A DNA stretch of 60,000 bases from Vicugna vicugna. Taxonomy: Eukaryota. The first letter of the stretch is position 1. The number at the start of each line of letters is the position of its first letter. This document shows positions 37,970 to 49,930 of this stretch, piece by piece. The position numbers and the translations under genes were made by a program. The stretch lies in contig MU058540.1 in assembly GCA_013265495.1 (NCBI GenBank), forward strand, positions 3,063,696 through 3,123,695, written 5' to 3'. The notes beneath the pieces were generated by a model. It was not told the DNA's origin, did no database searches, and was given only the letters and a program-made list of their open reading frames with translations.

Positions 37970-38715
37970 TAGGATTTATTGAGATAGTTTACATATGGTC
38001 AAATCCACCCTTTATAGAATAGTTCTGTGAGTTTTGGCAAAAGGTACAGTTATGTAACCACCACCACAGTGAAAACATAGAAGCTCTGTCGCCTCAGAAG
38101 TTTCCCTGTGCTGCCCCTTTGTGGTCACCTCGTCCCCTCGTCCCCTCGTCCCCCGGCCCCAGGCGACCACTACTCTGTTCTCTGACCTATAGTTTTGTCT
38201 TTTCTAGAATGTCATGTATATGGCATCGTACAGTATGGAGACTTGGAGTCCGGCTGCTTTTACTCAGCCTCGTGTGTTTGAGACTCATTCGTGATGTTCA
38301 TGAGCCAGTACTTTGTTCCCTTCCCCTGCCGAGTAGTGTCCCCTGTGTGGGTATACCACAGTTTGTTTACCCTTCACCAGCTGAAGAACCTTTGGATTAT
38401 TTTCAGTTTGGGGCAATTATGAGTAATGCTGCTATGAACCATAAACATTCATGTTCAGGTTTTTGTGTGAGGATATTTTCACTTCTCTAGGGTAAATACC
38501 TACAGCTGGATCACTGGCTCACACGGTAAGCGTATGATTAACTCTCTCAGAAACTGCCAAGCTGTCTTCCCGGGTGGCTGTACATTTTGCATTCCCACCA
38601 TCCGTGGTGCCAATTCCCAGTGCTCACATTTTTGCCACCACTTGGCACGGTCAGGGATTTTGTTTTTGTTTTTGTTTGTTTTTAATTTTAGCCAATCTGG
38701 TGGGTGTGTAGTGCT
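37970..38715 (-). mobile_element. Old L1M 3' fragment, reverse orientation
   Basis: tttattgagatagtttacata...ggtataccacagtttgttt...aactgccaagctgtcttcccgggtggctgtacattttgcattcccacca. Confidence 0.75.
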
Positions 38716-39330
38716 TACAACTTTTTTTAAGTTTATGAATGTACCAAAAACATCATGTTGACATTTTTAATCTATACAGTTTTCATTTGTTAATTATACC
38801 TCAGGGAAGCTGGAGGAATTTATGAATGCGAAGAAATAAGAGCCTGTACTTGTAAATATTTTACAGACATGAGCATTTAAGCACCTATTATGCACCTACC
38901 TTCCAAAGTCCAAGGGGCGGCTGGTGTGATGGGAGGGGCACCCACGACAGTTGAAAAGCTCAACTCCCAGCTCTGTTGTGGGCTTCCTCTGGGACATTGG
39001 GCACATTACTCAACCTCTCTGAGCCTCCATTTATTTGTCATAAGTAGACTGTACAATGCCCCCTTGCAGGCATGGTGTGGAAAACCAAATGAGATAATGC
39101 AGGGAAAGCTCCTGATCCAGGGCAGGAATTCAATAGCTGGGAGTTACTACTAGCTGTGCCCTTTATGTAGCTACATTCCTGGGGTAATCTGTTCCGGCAG
39201 CAAGTCTAGTTGCTTCTGCCTTCAGGATATACTCCAAATGGAGCCCCTCACACTTCTCACGCTTCGGGTCCAAGCCACCACCCCCTCTCTCAAGTGATTG
39301 ATTTCAAGAGCTGCTCTCCCTGCTCCTACA

Positions 39331-39347
39331 CTCGCCCCCTGGTGGTC
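39331..39347 (-). promoter_or_regulatory. CTCF motif (reverse orientation)
   Basis: + strand CTCGCCCCCTGGTGGTC; the minus strand reads GACCACCAGGGGGCGAG, containing the core CCACCAGGGGGCG. Confidence 0.65.
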
Positions 39348-40734
39348 GTACCCCAAACAGCGGCCAAAGGAGTTCTCCATTTGAAACCTCAGTGCAGGGG
39401 TCCTGGTCCCAACATTCTGGTGGTGTCATGGATAGAAGTCCATCTGATGGCTCCCTCCTACAGTCCATCAGGCCTTTTGTGATCTAGCCCCTGGCTGCCT
39501 CTCAGAGCTGGTTTATTCATCTCTGTATCCCAGAACTTAGCACATAGTAAGTGCTCGAAAAATATCCTCTGGCCTGGATTCACACTAGCACTGTCAGGCC
39601 ACCAACACGGCAGGTGCCATTTCTCTTCCGTTGAGGTGACTGGAGGTCAGAGAGGTGCAATGATGTGTGCAAGGTCATGTGGCACTTCTGTGGACTCTCT
39701 CAGGGACCAGGACAAGGGTCTTCTAACTCCGACTGTGACCTCACTTCTTTGCCTATCTCTCCCCCATGGCTAGACCCTAGAGCCCCACTTCTTTTTGAAG
39801 TTGGCCATGATAGGAGTGTCCACATCATGGAAACTAGCAAATCAGCCCCTCTCTCACCTTTTATCCCCCAACAAATCTGGTTGTTAGTTATTGCCAGCAT
39901 GCCACTGGACATGGAGTCTAGTCTGAGGAAACTGAATGACGCCACTTTGCTCACCTGTCCTTGTCTTGAGCTTGCAACCCTCAACGTGGCCCAGGTGACT
40001 TAATCCATCTCTCCTCTCCCCTGCCTGACCTCATACTCTGTCCTGGGCCAGCTGCCAGCTGGCCTTAGGCCTATACGAACAATGAACTTCTGCACGTTGA
40101 AGGCCAAGGTGGAGGTAGTGAGGGCATCATCTTATTGGTGCTCCTGGCCTGACCCTGGCCTCTGCCTGGTCACGCCCTTCCTGTTCTCACTGTCTAAACC
40201 ACGCTCTAACATGCTAGAGCCATTTCTGCCTCCGATTTTTTTCTCCTCACCTTCTCTCTATGATTCACTTATTTCCATCTTTTGCATTCTAATCCTGCTC
40301 TCTTTATCTCTGGTAATAAAAACAAGGGTTCCCAGGGGGTGGCTCATTAACTTTTAACAAGCACCTGCTATGTGCTTTAAGTGTATCCGTGCATTTAATC
40401 TACGCACCAGCTCCATTGTACAGATGGGAATAGGGAAGTACAGAAAGATTCAGCAACTCACCCCAAATCACACTGCTGGTAAGTGAGGAAACCAGAACTG
40501 ACTCTAGATGCACTGTAACCTTTCTGGGAAGTGGCAATAATCACATCAGACTTAGAATTTTAAAACACGGGTTTGAGATCTGACTCTCTTACCTCCTTCT
40601 GACTTCGCTCTTGGGGCCTCAGCTTCCTTCCTTATTCATAAAATGGGATGACCAATATGTGCCCTGTCCATTCATAGGGTTGTTTAAGGGTCAAATGATA
40701 TAATGGGTGTAAAAGGGCTTTGAGGATGTTAAGA

Positions 40735-40830
40735 GGGGAGGATAATAGCTCAGTGGTAGAGCACATGCTTAGCATGCATGAGGTCCTGGGTTCAGTCCCC
40801 CGAACCCCCATTAAAAAACAAACAAAAAAA
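40735..40830 (+). mobile_element. tRNA-derived SINE, camelid Vic-1-like, inserted in a MIR
   Basis: ggggaggataatagctcagtggtagagcacatgcttagcatgcatgaggtcctgggttcagtcccc plus A-rich tail; degenerate TSD gaggatgttaag/gaaaatgttaaa. Confidence 0.85.
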
Positions 40831-41152
40831 GAAAATGTTAAAATGCTGAGCATATGAGTAGATGATTTATATATGGTTCTGTTTTCCAGTTTTCTCTTTT
40901 GCCTCTCAGAAGGGTTCTTTGTCTGCTTTGGTTGTGCCGGTGTGTGTAGCACCCAGAGGCTCCCAGACACAGAGACTCCCAGTAAGTGTAACTGCTCTTC
41001 CTCTGTTCTTCAGTGGGCTCCTTTTGCTCAAGCCTTTCAGGGAGACTTATCACCTTTCCTCTCTCACTGTCATCAAGCCCAGACTCAGAGAGCAGGAGGA
41101 TTCACCCCAGCAGGTTTCCAATGCTTAGATCAAGACCAGCACTGGATTGGAT

Positions 41153-41290
41153 GGGGGGAGGGTATAGCTAAGTGGTAGAGTGCATGCTTAGCACTCTAGT
41201 CCTGGGGTCAGTCCTCAGTACCACCATTAAACAAACAAACAAACAAACAAACAAACAAACCTAATTACCACCCCTACCAAAAAAAAAAAA
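41153..41290 (+). mobile_element. tRNA-derived SINE, camelid Vic-1-like, longer form with (AAAC)n and second tail
   Basis: ggggggagggtatagctaagtggtagagtgcatgcttagc...(aaac)n-ctaattaccacccc-polyA; 15-bp TSD aagaccagcactgga (41132-41146) / aagaacagcactgga (41291-41305). Confidence 0.85.
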
Positions 41291-43487
41291 AAGAACAGCA
41301 CTGGAATAAGTCCACGAACACATCTTAGACATTATAATAGAAGCCAATTGGAAATTATGGTTCACTTTATAGAAACTGGCTTAAGTAAACTTTTCAGAAG
41401 CACATTTACTTTTGTGGAGCAAGGCAAGATCTGACTTTATTTTTCTTTTAAAAAATTATTTTTAATACATATAATTTTTTCATTGAAAAACATCACTTTC
41501 TTGGAAGAATAAGTGCACAGATCTTAAGTGTACAGACTGATGACTTTTCACATGTATATAGCCACCACTCAGAACAAGACCCAGAACATTTCCAGTGTAC
41601 TGGAGAACTCCCTTGTGCCCCCTCCCAGGTGATACTTACTGCCACAGTTTTGATTTCTTTTTGGTACAGTATTCAAAAGGATCAAAGTATAAGCTGAAAA
41701 ATCTCCCTCACACCTTGCTGTCACCCATTTTTTTTTTCTCCTAAGAGTCAATACGGTTTCTTCTAGGTAGTGCGAGCGTGTGCCCGCCCCCCACATTGTA
41801 TTATGTTTTATGTTGTATAGATTCTCCCCTTTTCCCACTAAAGGTACTTGACTATGCAATTGTTGTACACCTTGGTTTTTTTTCACTTAATGCATCTTAA
41901 AACACTGGAATCATTTTAAGAATATGCAAATTAATATCTTTACCAAAAAGCTTCCCCTTACAAAAATTTGCTTTATAAAAAATCTAAACTTTTATTACTA
42001 AATAATTCTATGCTCTGCCTTATAGCCCTCTGAGGGTCCTTAGGCAGCAAGTCTGGCTACTACATCAAAAAATATGATTCCATTAGGAAAATGCGATTCA
42101 TGTTAACTTTTCAGCCCACCAAATAAGCCATTCTGCAGGATTCTATCTTATTGATGTTATCTTTTCCTTTTATAGCTCTTATCAAAGAACAACATCATGG
42201 GTTTATATTCTCAATAACTCATGAGTTCTAAAGGACATGTGTGAGAAAAAAACAAAAAAAGACTAAAATTTGGAGCATAAATTGTGAGATTTCTCAAAGA
42301 CTTGAATTATTGGAGCTTATTAGGTTGGAATGAATAAAAGGGGAAAGACATATTTAGTAATTTCAGACATATTTAGTAATTTCAGACATACTAAGCAGTT
42401 TTCCTGGGAAATTGATCAAGAAGAATCCATGGTGTTGTATGAACTTCCCCAGGGGAGGGCAGACCAGACCCTGCTAGAGGGCAGCTGAGGGAGTGGGGCT
42501 GTGAGTTCCAGGAAGCAGAGTAGCAGCCAGGTGAGAGCTGGAAGGCTGGCAGGTAATCTGAATCAAAGTCCTCACAAGCATCAGCAAGGACAAAGGGCAT
42601 AAACAGGGCCCCAAAGCAGAGACATAGCCAATGGGCAGAGCTTCTGAGCTGGACTGGCTGAGAATGGAATTAGGAGCAAGTTGGGAGGCAGCAGGTTGTT
42701 GCCAAGAGTGAGGTCGAAGTTCGCTGGTCTCCAGGTGCACATGTTGGGCACGCTGACCCAATGTATGAACTTTGTGCACCATCCCTATGAAGCATTGTTA
42801 CAAGAGAATTACCCCCACCTCTGTGTCCATGCCTCTTTGCAACGTGACTTTCAGCTTCTGCTACCACAGGGTGGAATCTTTTTCACCTCCCATTGAATCT
42901 GGGTTGGCCTTGTAACTTGCTTTGACTAATATGATGTGGCAGAGGTGAGGTTTTGGCAGAAGTGAGGCTGGGCTCCTGCTTTCCTTCTTTTGGAATGTTT
43001 CTATCATGTGAAGAAGCCCAGCATGAAAGACCACAGGGAGAGTAGGGCATAGGCATCTGAGCCATGCTAGACCACCCAACCCAACCAAGCCATTAGCAGA
43101 CTGCAGGTCCATGAGACCAGCAGAGGAGCCACCCAGCCAACTCGCAGACCTGCAAGAAGTGGTGGCTTGGTGTTAAGGCACCAAGTTTTAGAATGATTTG
43201 TTGCACAGATAACTGATACATCCCTCTGCCCTATAAACATACTGCTGACGTCTACAAAGGTCTCTCATGTTAGGCAACACAGAATTGTGAGACCTAGAAT
43301 TACAAATATTTTATGTGTTCATAATATTCTGCAGAACCACTTCACATGTACCATTTAATTTAATATTCTGATAATCCAGTGAGGAAGAGGAAGCAGGAAC
43401 ATGGCTACCTCCATTAAACAGATGAGAAAACAGGCTCAGAAAGACATATGACTGTCCCAGGATTACTCAGCAAGTCAGTAGGGATAC

Positions 43488-43861
43488 TCTTATGAACTGA
43501 TTGTGTCCCCCCCAAAATTTTTTTGTTGAACCCCTAATCTCCCTTGTGACTGTAGTTGGAAACAAGGCCATTAAAGAGGTAATTAAGGTTAAATAAGATC
43601 ATAAGAGTGGACCCCAATTCAATAGAACTGGTATCCTCATGAAAAAGGAAAGAAACACCAGGGATGCAAACATGTGGAGAATAGGCCACATGAGGACACA
43701 GCAAGAAGGTGGCTGTCTACAAGCCAAGACGGGGGACTCAGGAGACACCAAACCCTTGATCCTGGACTTCCGAGCTCCAGAACTATAAGACAACACATTT
43801 CTGTTGTTCAAGCAGTCCAGTTTGTGGTATTTTGTTATGGCAGCCCTAGCAAACTAATACA
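43488..43861 (+). mobile_element. MLT1A-type solo LTR
   Basis: Ends ...ttgttatggcagccctagcaaactaataca; 5-bp TSD gatac/gatgc. Confidence 0.8.
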
Positions 43862-44104
43862 GATGCCAGTACTCAAATTTAGGTCTTCTACTTTTTTAGA
43901 AGGAATTTTCATAAAACAATGAGATACCATTTCCTGTATATCAAACTGGCAAAGATTTTTAAAAGATAAACTTAGGAGCAATAAGAATGTGGAGAAATGG
44001 GTTTTCTCAACTGGTGGGAGTCCAAATTGGTACAGCTTTCTAAAGGGAATTTGGTAATACTTACCAGTGGTCTTAATGATTTGTCAGTGTTTTTTTGTAA
44101 TGAT

Positions 44105-44685
44105 CCATGGCAGACTGTATTTTCTGAAGAAGGAAGCACTGATGTATCCCATTTTCTGTGCTCTTCTTACAATATGAGGTTGACACACCTCCACTAAGAG
44201 GCAGAGTCTGTTCCCTTTCTTGAACCTGGACAGACCATTGTAGTTGCCACAACCAATAGAATACAGTGAAAGTGAGGGTGTGTGGCTTCCAAGGCTAGGT
44301 TATAAAAGGCATTACAATTTCTACCTTGGCCTTTTAGGTAACTCACACTGCAAAAGCCAGTGGCTATGTCACGAGGATACTCAAGCAGCTCTGTGGAGAG
44401 GTCCATGTGGAGAGGAACTGAGGCACCCAGCCTACAGACACCATCAACTTGCCAGCTGTATGAGTGAGTTACCTTAGAAACAGATCCTCCAGTCCCAGTT
44501 GAGCCTTCAGATGACTGTAGCCCCAGCCAACTGCAGCCTCATGAGAGACCTCAACTGAGACCTGCCTAGGTGAGTCCTCCTCAAATTTCTGACCAACAGA
44601 AACCATGAGAGAAAATGAGTTTTTATTGCAGTTTTATATCACTGTGTCTTGGGGTAATTTGTTATACAGCCATATATAATTAATA
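44105..44685 (+). mobile_element. MLT1 (E/F/G-like) LTR
   Basis: ggagaggtccatgtggagaggaactgagg...gagccttcagatgactgtagccccagcc...ggggtaatttgttatacagc. Confidence 0.7.
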
Positions 44686-45999
44686 AACAACCTATATGTG
44701 CATGAGTAGGGAACTATTTAAATGTATTATAGTACATGCATTTAATGAAATACCATGCAGCTGTTTAAAAAGAGGAAGCTCTTTATGTATTGACATGGAC
44801 AGCTCTCCAAGATGATTTGTTAAGTGAAAAATGCAAAGTGCAAAATAATATATAAAGGATGCTATCATTTGTGGAAAAAAGTTATGTATATACATATATG
44901 TGTGTATAGAGAGATAATATGTACACATGCATATATTTATATGTGGCATATATATATACACATACTATATATGTATATATTATATATATGCAAAATATCT
45001 CTGGGAAGAACATAAGATACTGGTAGTAGTGATTGCCTCTGGGGAGGGGAACGGGGTGACTTCAGAACAGAGGTGAAAGATGCCTTTTAAATTTTGAACC
45101 TCCTGATATATTATCTATTGAAAAATAAAGTTTAAAAATTGTAAATAGTGCTTTCTCTTTAACTCAGAAACTTCACTGCTAGGAATTTATCCTTAGTAAA
45201 TAATCATGGCAAAGATTTAACTAGGAAGGTGTTGTCACAGCTTCATTTAATATCATAAAAACAGCCCAACTGTTAAACAGTAGGAAATTTGTTGAGTAGC
45301 TTATGGCAGTCTTGTTTCGTATCTGCCGCGATGGAAATGGTGAAGTAGAAAACAAAGTCAATGCCCGGTGAAGTGATCATGATGTAGTAATGGACAAGAA
45401 GTTATGAAATGGCAGAGCAACAATCTTATCTTTGAAGTGAATTTAACTATATAAATGTAGACGAAGGTGGAGATTTAAGATAGATACAGATAGATCTAGA
45501 AACCCAAATGTTAAGGGCGATTATCTCTGGGAAGTTAATTTTGTTTTCTTCTTTTTCATCTGTGTTTTCAATGATAAACGTGTACTATTTTTGCAAAAAC
45601 ACAAACTCTGAAAGTTTGTCTCTCTTTTTTCAGAGACTTGTAAATCATCCTATAAATAGCAGCTCCAGGTAGAGAATTTGAAACTTTGTTTTTAAAGATG
45701 ACAGTTTTTCAAGGACAGTGACCTTTATCATTAGGTAGAGAGAGCTGCCCACCCTGTTCAAAGTCCAGGCATTTTGGTCACAACATTGACCCCCTCCAAG
45801 CCCACTGACCAGTTGGGGGGGGTCACATCCAGCCATTGCACCCCCAAACTACCCCTGATCAAAACTGGTAGGCAGGAAAGGCTACAGAATTTCTAGAGGA
45901 AGGGGGTCATCTCTGAGGGGTGATCTTGGGACCAGTCTCCAACCTGCATTTCCAAAGCCAGCACAATGCTTTCACTTCCATTGTAGGTTAAAAATCAAG

Positions 46000-46352
46000 T
46001 GTTACAGGCTGAAGTGTGTCCTCCCCTACATTTGTATGTTGAAGTTCTACTCCCCCACCCAGTATATCAGATTATGACTGTATTTGGAGAGAGGGTCTTT
46101 AAAGAGGTAATTAAGGTAAAATGAGGTCAAACAGGTGGGCCCTAATCCAATATGACTGGTGTCTTTATAAGAAGAGATTAGGGCGTAGGCCACACGGAAA
46201 CAAAGATGAGAAGAGGGGCCTCAGAAGAAACCAGCCCTGCCAAAATCTTGATCTCAGACTTCTAGCCTCCAGGACTGTGAGAAAATCCATTTTGGTTGTT
46301 TAAGTCTCCCAGTGGTGGTACTTTGTTGTGGCTGCCTACGCAAATTAATATA
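46000..46352 (+). mobile_element. MLT1A-type solo LTR
   Basis: tgttacaggctgaagtgtgtcc...gggccctaatccaatatgactggtgtctttataagaagag...aattaatata; TSD tcaag/gcaag. Confidence 0.8.
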
Positions 46353-47319
46353 GCAAGTTTCCTAAAGATACACCTTTACACAAGGTTGAGAAAATGTCCA
46401 CAGTCCACCGTTTGTCCAACAACAAAGACTGTTACCTTCTGGTGGTGGGTCTGAGATGCGGAGCTGATGGCGATTATGGGGTCCTTGGGGACCCCCAGCC
46501 CCTTAGGTGCCACCACTGCAGGCTACACGTGAGCATCCCTGGCCTTTCCAGTAGGCGAAGGTGGAGAAGCACCTTCCAGCACCTATCCAGCCTGAGAAGC
46601 ACCTGGAATTTGCCTCTTGATGTGGCCTCGAGTTCCCTGTCAAGACTGTAGCCCTATGTGGAGCTGCAGCCTGGCCCTGAGACCCCTGCTGGGGACCTAG
46701 TCTCACCAGCCCCACTCCAGGGACATTTGGGACCCTGACACTCCTCTCAGAGGAGCCTTCCTGACTCCCAGGCACGCCTCCCATCTCTGTTCCCAGAGAT
46801 TCTGACTGCTAAGGTTCACCTCCACACCGCCAGCAGACCCTGGAATATAGCTGCTGGTCTGGAGGAATTCATGGTCTTCACATCTCTGAGACAGCCCTTT
46901 ATGGGGCTGAAAAGCCCTGGGCATTCTTACCCTCTGAGGCCACATCCCTAAAATGTGTTCAGATGGACCCACAAGCCACATCACACATAATTTACATAAA
47001 CTGTAGGAACTGAGTTGCAGTTGTCTAGTTAACATTTTGTAGACATTTAACCATTTCATCCTTACAATGTACTTTTCTAATTTTGGAGCTAGCAATGATC
47101 CCAGCTGTGGTTTAGGGGTTTCTATGAGTGTTTGAAAAACTGACCGGCCCTGGGCACCAGAGCCATGGACCCAGCTGAGTGATCCCTAGGGCTCTTTCCA
47201 AGGATGTGCAAGGTGCAATGGGTGTGCTTGACCCCAGAGGAGCCCTCCAAGCACCCAGAGTCCAGTTGCAATGTCCCAACCCCCTTTTGGTGCTGTAGAG
47301 TAGGAGAGGCAGCATTTTT

Positions 47320-48003
47320 TTATTTTTTATTTTTATTTTTTTTAACATTTTTTATTGATTTATAATCATTTTACAATGTTGTGTCAAATTCCAGTGTTCA
47401 GCACAATTTTTCAGTCATTCATGGACATATACACACTCATTGTCACATTTTTTTCTCTGTGATTTATCATAACATTTTGTGTATATTTCCCTGTGCTATA
47501 CAGTGTACCTGTGCTATACAGTGTAATCTTGTTTATCTATTCTACAATTTTGAAATCCCAGTCTATCCCTTCCCACCCTCTACCCCCCTGGTAACCACAA
47601 GTCTATATTCTCTGTCCATGAGTCTTTAGATTCCACATATGAGCGATCTCATGTGGTATTTTTCTTTCTCTTTCTGGCTTACTTCACTTAGAATGACATT
47701 CTCTAGGAGCATCCATGTTGCTGCAAATGGCGTTATGTTGTCGGTTTTTATGGCTGAGTAGTATTCCATTGTATAAATATACCACATCTTCTTTATCCAG
47801 TCACCTATTGATGGACATTTAGGCTGTTTCCATGTTTTGGCTATTGTAAATAGTGCTGCTATGAACATTGGAGTGCAGGTGTCATTCTGAAGTAGACTTC
47901 CTTCTGGATACAAGCCCAGGAGTGGGATTCCTGGGTCATATGGCAAGTCTATTCCTAGTCTTTTGAGGAATCTCCACACTGTTTTCCATAGTGGCTGCAC
48001 CAA
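47320..48003 (-). mobile_element. Young 5'-truncated LINE-1 (ORF2 C-terminal 125 codons, 3' UTR and poly-A)
   Basis: Open frame 48003..47626 ([29 protein letters not shown]...CTPMFIAALFTIAKTWKQPKCP...WYIYTMEYYSAIK) is L1 ORF2 C-terminus; perfect 18-bp TSD AGGAGAGGCAGCATTTTT at 47302-47319 and 48004-48021. Confidence 0.95.
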
Positions 48004-48458
48004 AGGAGAGGCAGCATTTTTCCAAGCAGAATTACCTCTTCCTTCTGTCTAAACTTGTTCCTTGTCTGCCTCCTACCTTCTCTTGCTTCTAGCAGATTTT
48101 CCACAAGGCCAGAAAAGCCAAGGGCTAGGAGGTCCATCATAGAATCCAAACCTCCTCCCCATGACAGATGAGAAAACTGAGGCTCAGAGAAAGAAAGGTC
48201 TCCTTCAAGAACACCATGCATTTTTTTTTTCCCTCCATAATTTGAGCTCAGAACTCTGCCCTGGGTTGAAATGGAGATTTTGAAATTGCTCAGGAGGAAC
48301 CCTTGAAGCACAGTGTTTCCACCCTTCTCTGACCAAACTCCCTGGTTTGTTTTCATCCCAGCTGGGTGGTTTTCTCCCAGCATTGCTGTCTCTTTCTCTT
48401 GACAGCACCCCCCTGGAACCTTGGGAATGGCTGGAGCTTTGCCCGAGGTCCGAGTGTC

Positions 48459-48616
48459 TAGGGTTGCCAGATACAAAACAGGATGCCCAATTAAATTTGA
48501 ATTTCAGATAAACAACACTTTTTTTTTAAGTATAAGGGCATCCCAAATGTTGTTGTCGATCTAAACAGATTTAACTGGGTGTCCTGTATTTTTATTTACT
48601 AAACCTGCCCACCCTT
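48459..48616. mobile_element. MER53-like palindromic hAT MITE (internally deleted)
   Basis: tagggttgccagat...caggatgcccaattaaatttgaatttcagataaacaac...atttaactgggtgtcctgtatttttattt...cctgcccaccct; arms are mutual reverse complements. Confidence 0.75.
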
Positions 48617-49528
48617 TCATTTGGGTCCAGCCCTCTCCGCCCTGCAGCTGTGAGTTTTCTTGCCACCTCAACAGCATGAGTCACACAGTTGTGGACCTCT
48701 AGGCAAATGCTTTTGAACGGAACAGCATCACGGTTTGGGGGAATCCCCTCACTGTCCCCATAACGCATGTGCTGGTAAAGCAGAAACCCTAAAACAATGC
48801 CTGCGGGAGGAAAACAGAAGAGGCGACGGGTTCTTACCACCTCGGGGAGAACCCCAGCCATGTCAGTGCTGTGAAGAGGCTTTGACTAGATCACTCGCTC
48901 TTCACCTCTCACAGCTTGCTTTGAGACACTTGGAGATACTGGAGATCACACCTTCCCAGCCAAATCCTCTGAGGGCCTGAGAGTCTTCCTTCCCCGCCTT
49001 TCTGAGAAGAGGTCTCTGGGGAGGAGTGCGTTTGTGGGCTCTGTGAGCTGGGCAATTGCTTGACTTTAGGGATAATGATTGTATCTTTGTCATGGATTGC
49101 TGTGGGGATTATAGGGAGAAATTAGTGTAAAATGCTTGGCACACAGTAAATACTTAACCTCAGTGGTGGCTATTGTTATAATCGCATCAGGACTTTTCCT
49201 TTACCACCAAGCCAGGTCTTCTTAAAGAGATAGGCTCTCTGTTCTTGGGGCTCCCACAGTCTGTCCTCAAGAAGCTTTGGGTCTTCAAACTGGGCACCTC
49301 CCCTGGTCTAGAATCAGCATTAAGCTAGTGTCACCTGTCAGTTCTCTGTTTGGGTTAGAAATTTTAGTCACCCAGAAGAGCCCCGAGGAAGCAGGACTCA
49401 GAAGTGGCTGGCTCTGAGGGCTGAGAAAGTAAGTTTCCGCCCAGGATGTCCCTGAGGGAGGGCAGGCTGTGTTTTGTGCATGCGTTCTTGTTAGCGGGGC
49501 GGGGGTGTGGGGGGGGTGGGTGTGTGTG

Positions 49529-49930
49529 TGCAGGGGGTGTGTCTCTGGAGGAGGAAGAAAGGAGGGGGCGTGGGAAAGGACCCATGCAGTGTGTGTGTCT
49601 CTGGAGGAGGAAGAAAGGAGGGGGCGTGGGAAAGGACCCGCAAAATAATCATCTAGTTTCCTCTTCTGGAATGTCCACCCAGCAAATGAGCTTTGATTGG
49701 GACCGAGGTGGGAAAGCCCCTGACGTGGAACCTCTCTCCCTTCAACACCTGGCTCTGCGCTGGGCCCTGGGGTTTGGACACTCAGCTTCTTAGAAAGAAA
49801 CCGAAAGCCCTTAGGAGAAACTCCACCACTTCCCCTTCCTCAGTAAGAGGAACTTGGAGTTGCCCTGACAAGAAAGTCTTGGTGGGGCTTCTCGGAACCT
49901 GCCACCGCTGTTCTACTGAGGAAAACCGCA
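49529..49930. promoter_or_regulatory. Candidate immune/cytokine-responsive enhancer
   Basis: GGGAAAGCCCC (49710-49720), TGACGTGG (49721-49728), TTCTTAGAA (49787-49795), GAAACCGAAAG (49797-49807), CACTTCCCC (about 49827), AAGAGGAACT (49845-49854), TTCTCGGAA (49889-49897), duplicated GGGGGCGTGG; no recognisable repeat origin. Confidence 0.5.

Noticed and set aside
40735..40810. tRNA-like sequence with A and B boxes
   Set aside because: Has an A-rich tail, TSDs and several diverged copies in the window, so it is a SINE rather than a tRNA gene.
47626..48003. 125-aa ORF with clear protein-like sequence
   Set aside because: It is the C-terminus of L1 ORF2 in a 5'-truncated insertion, not a host gene.
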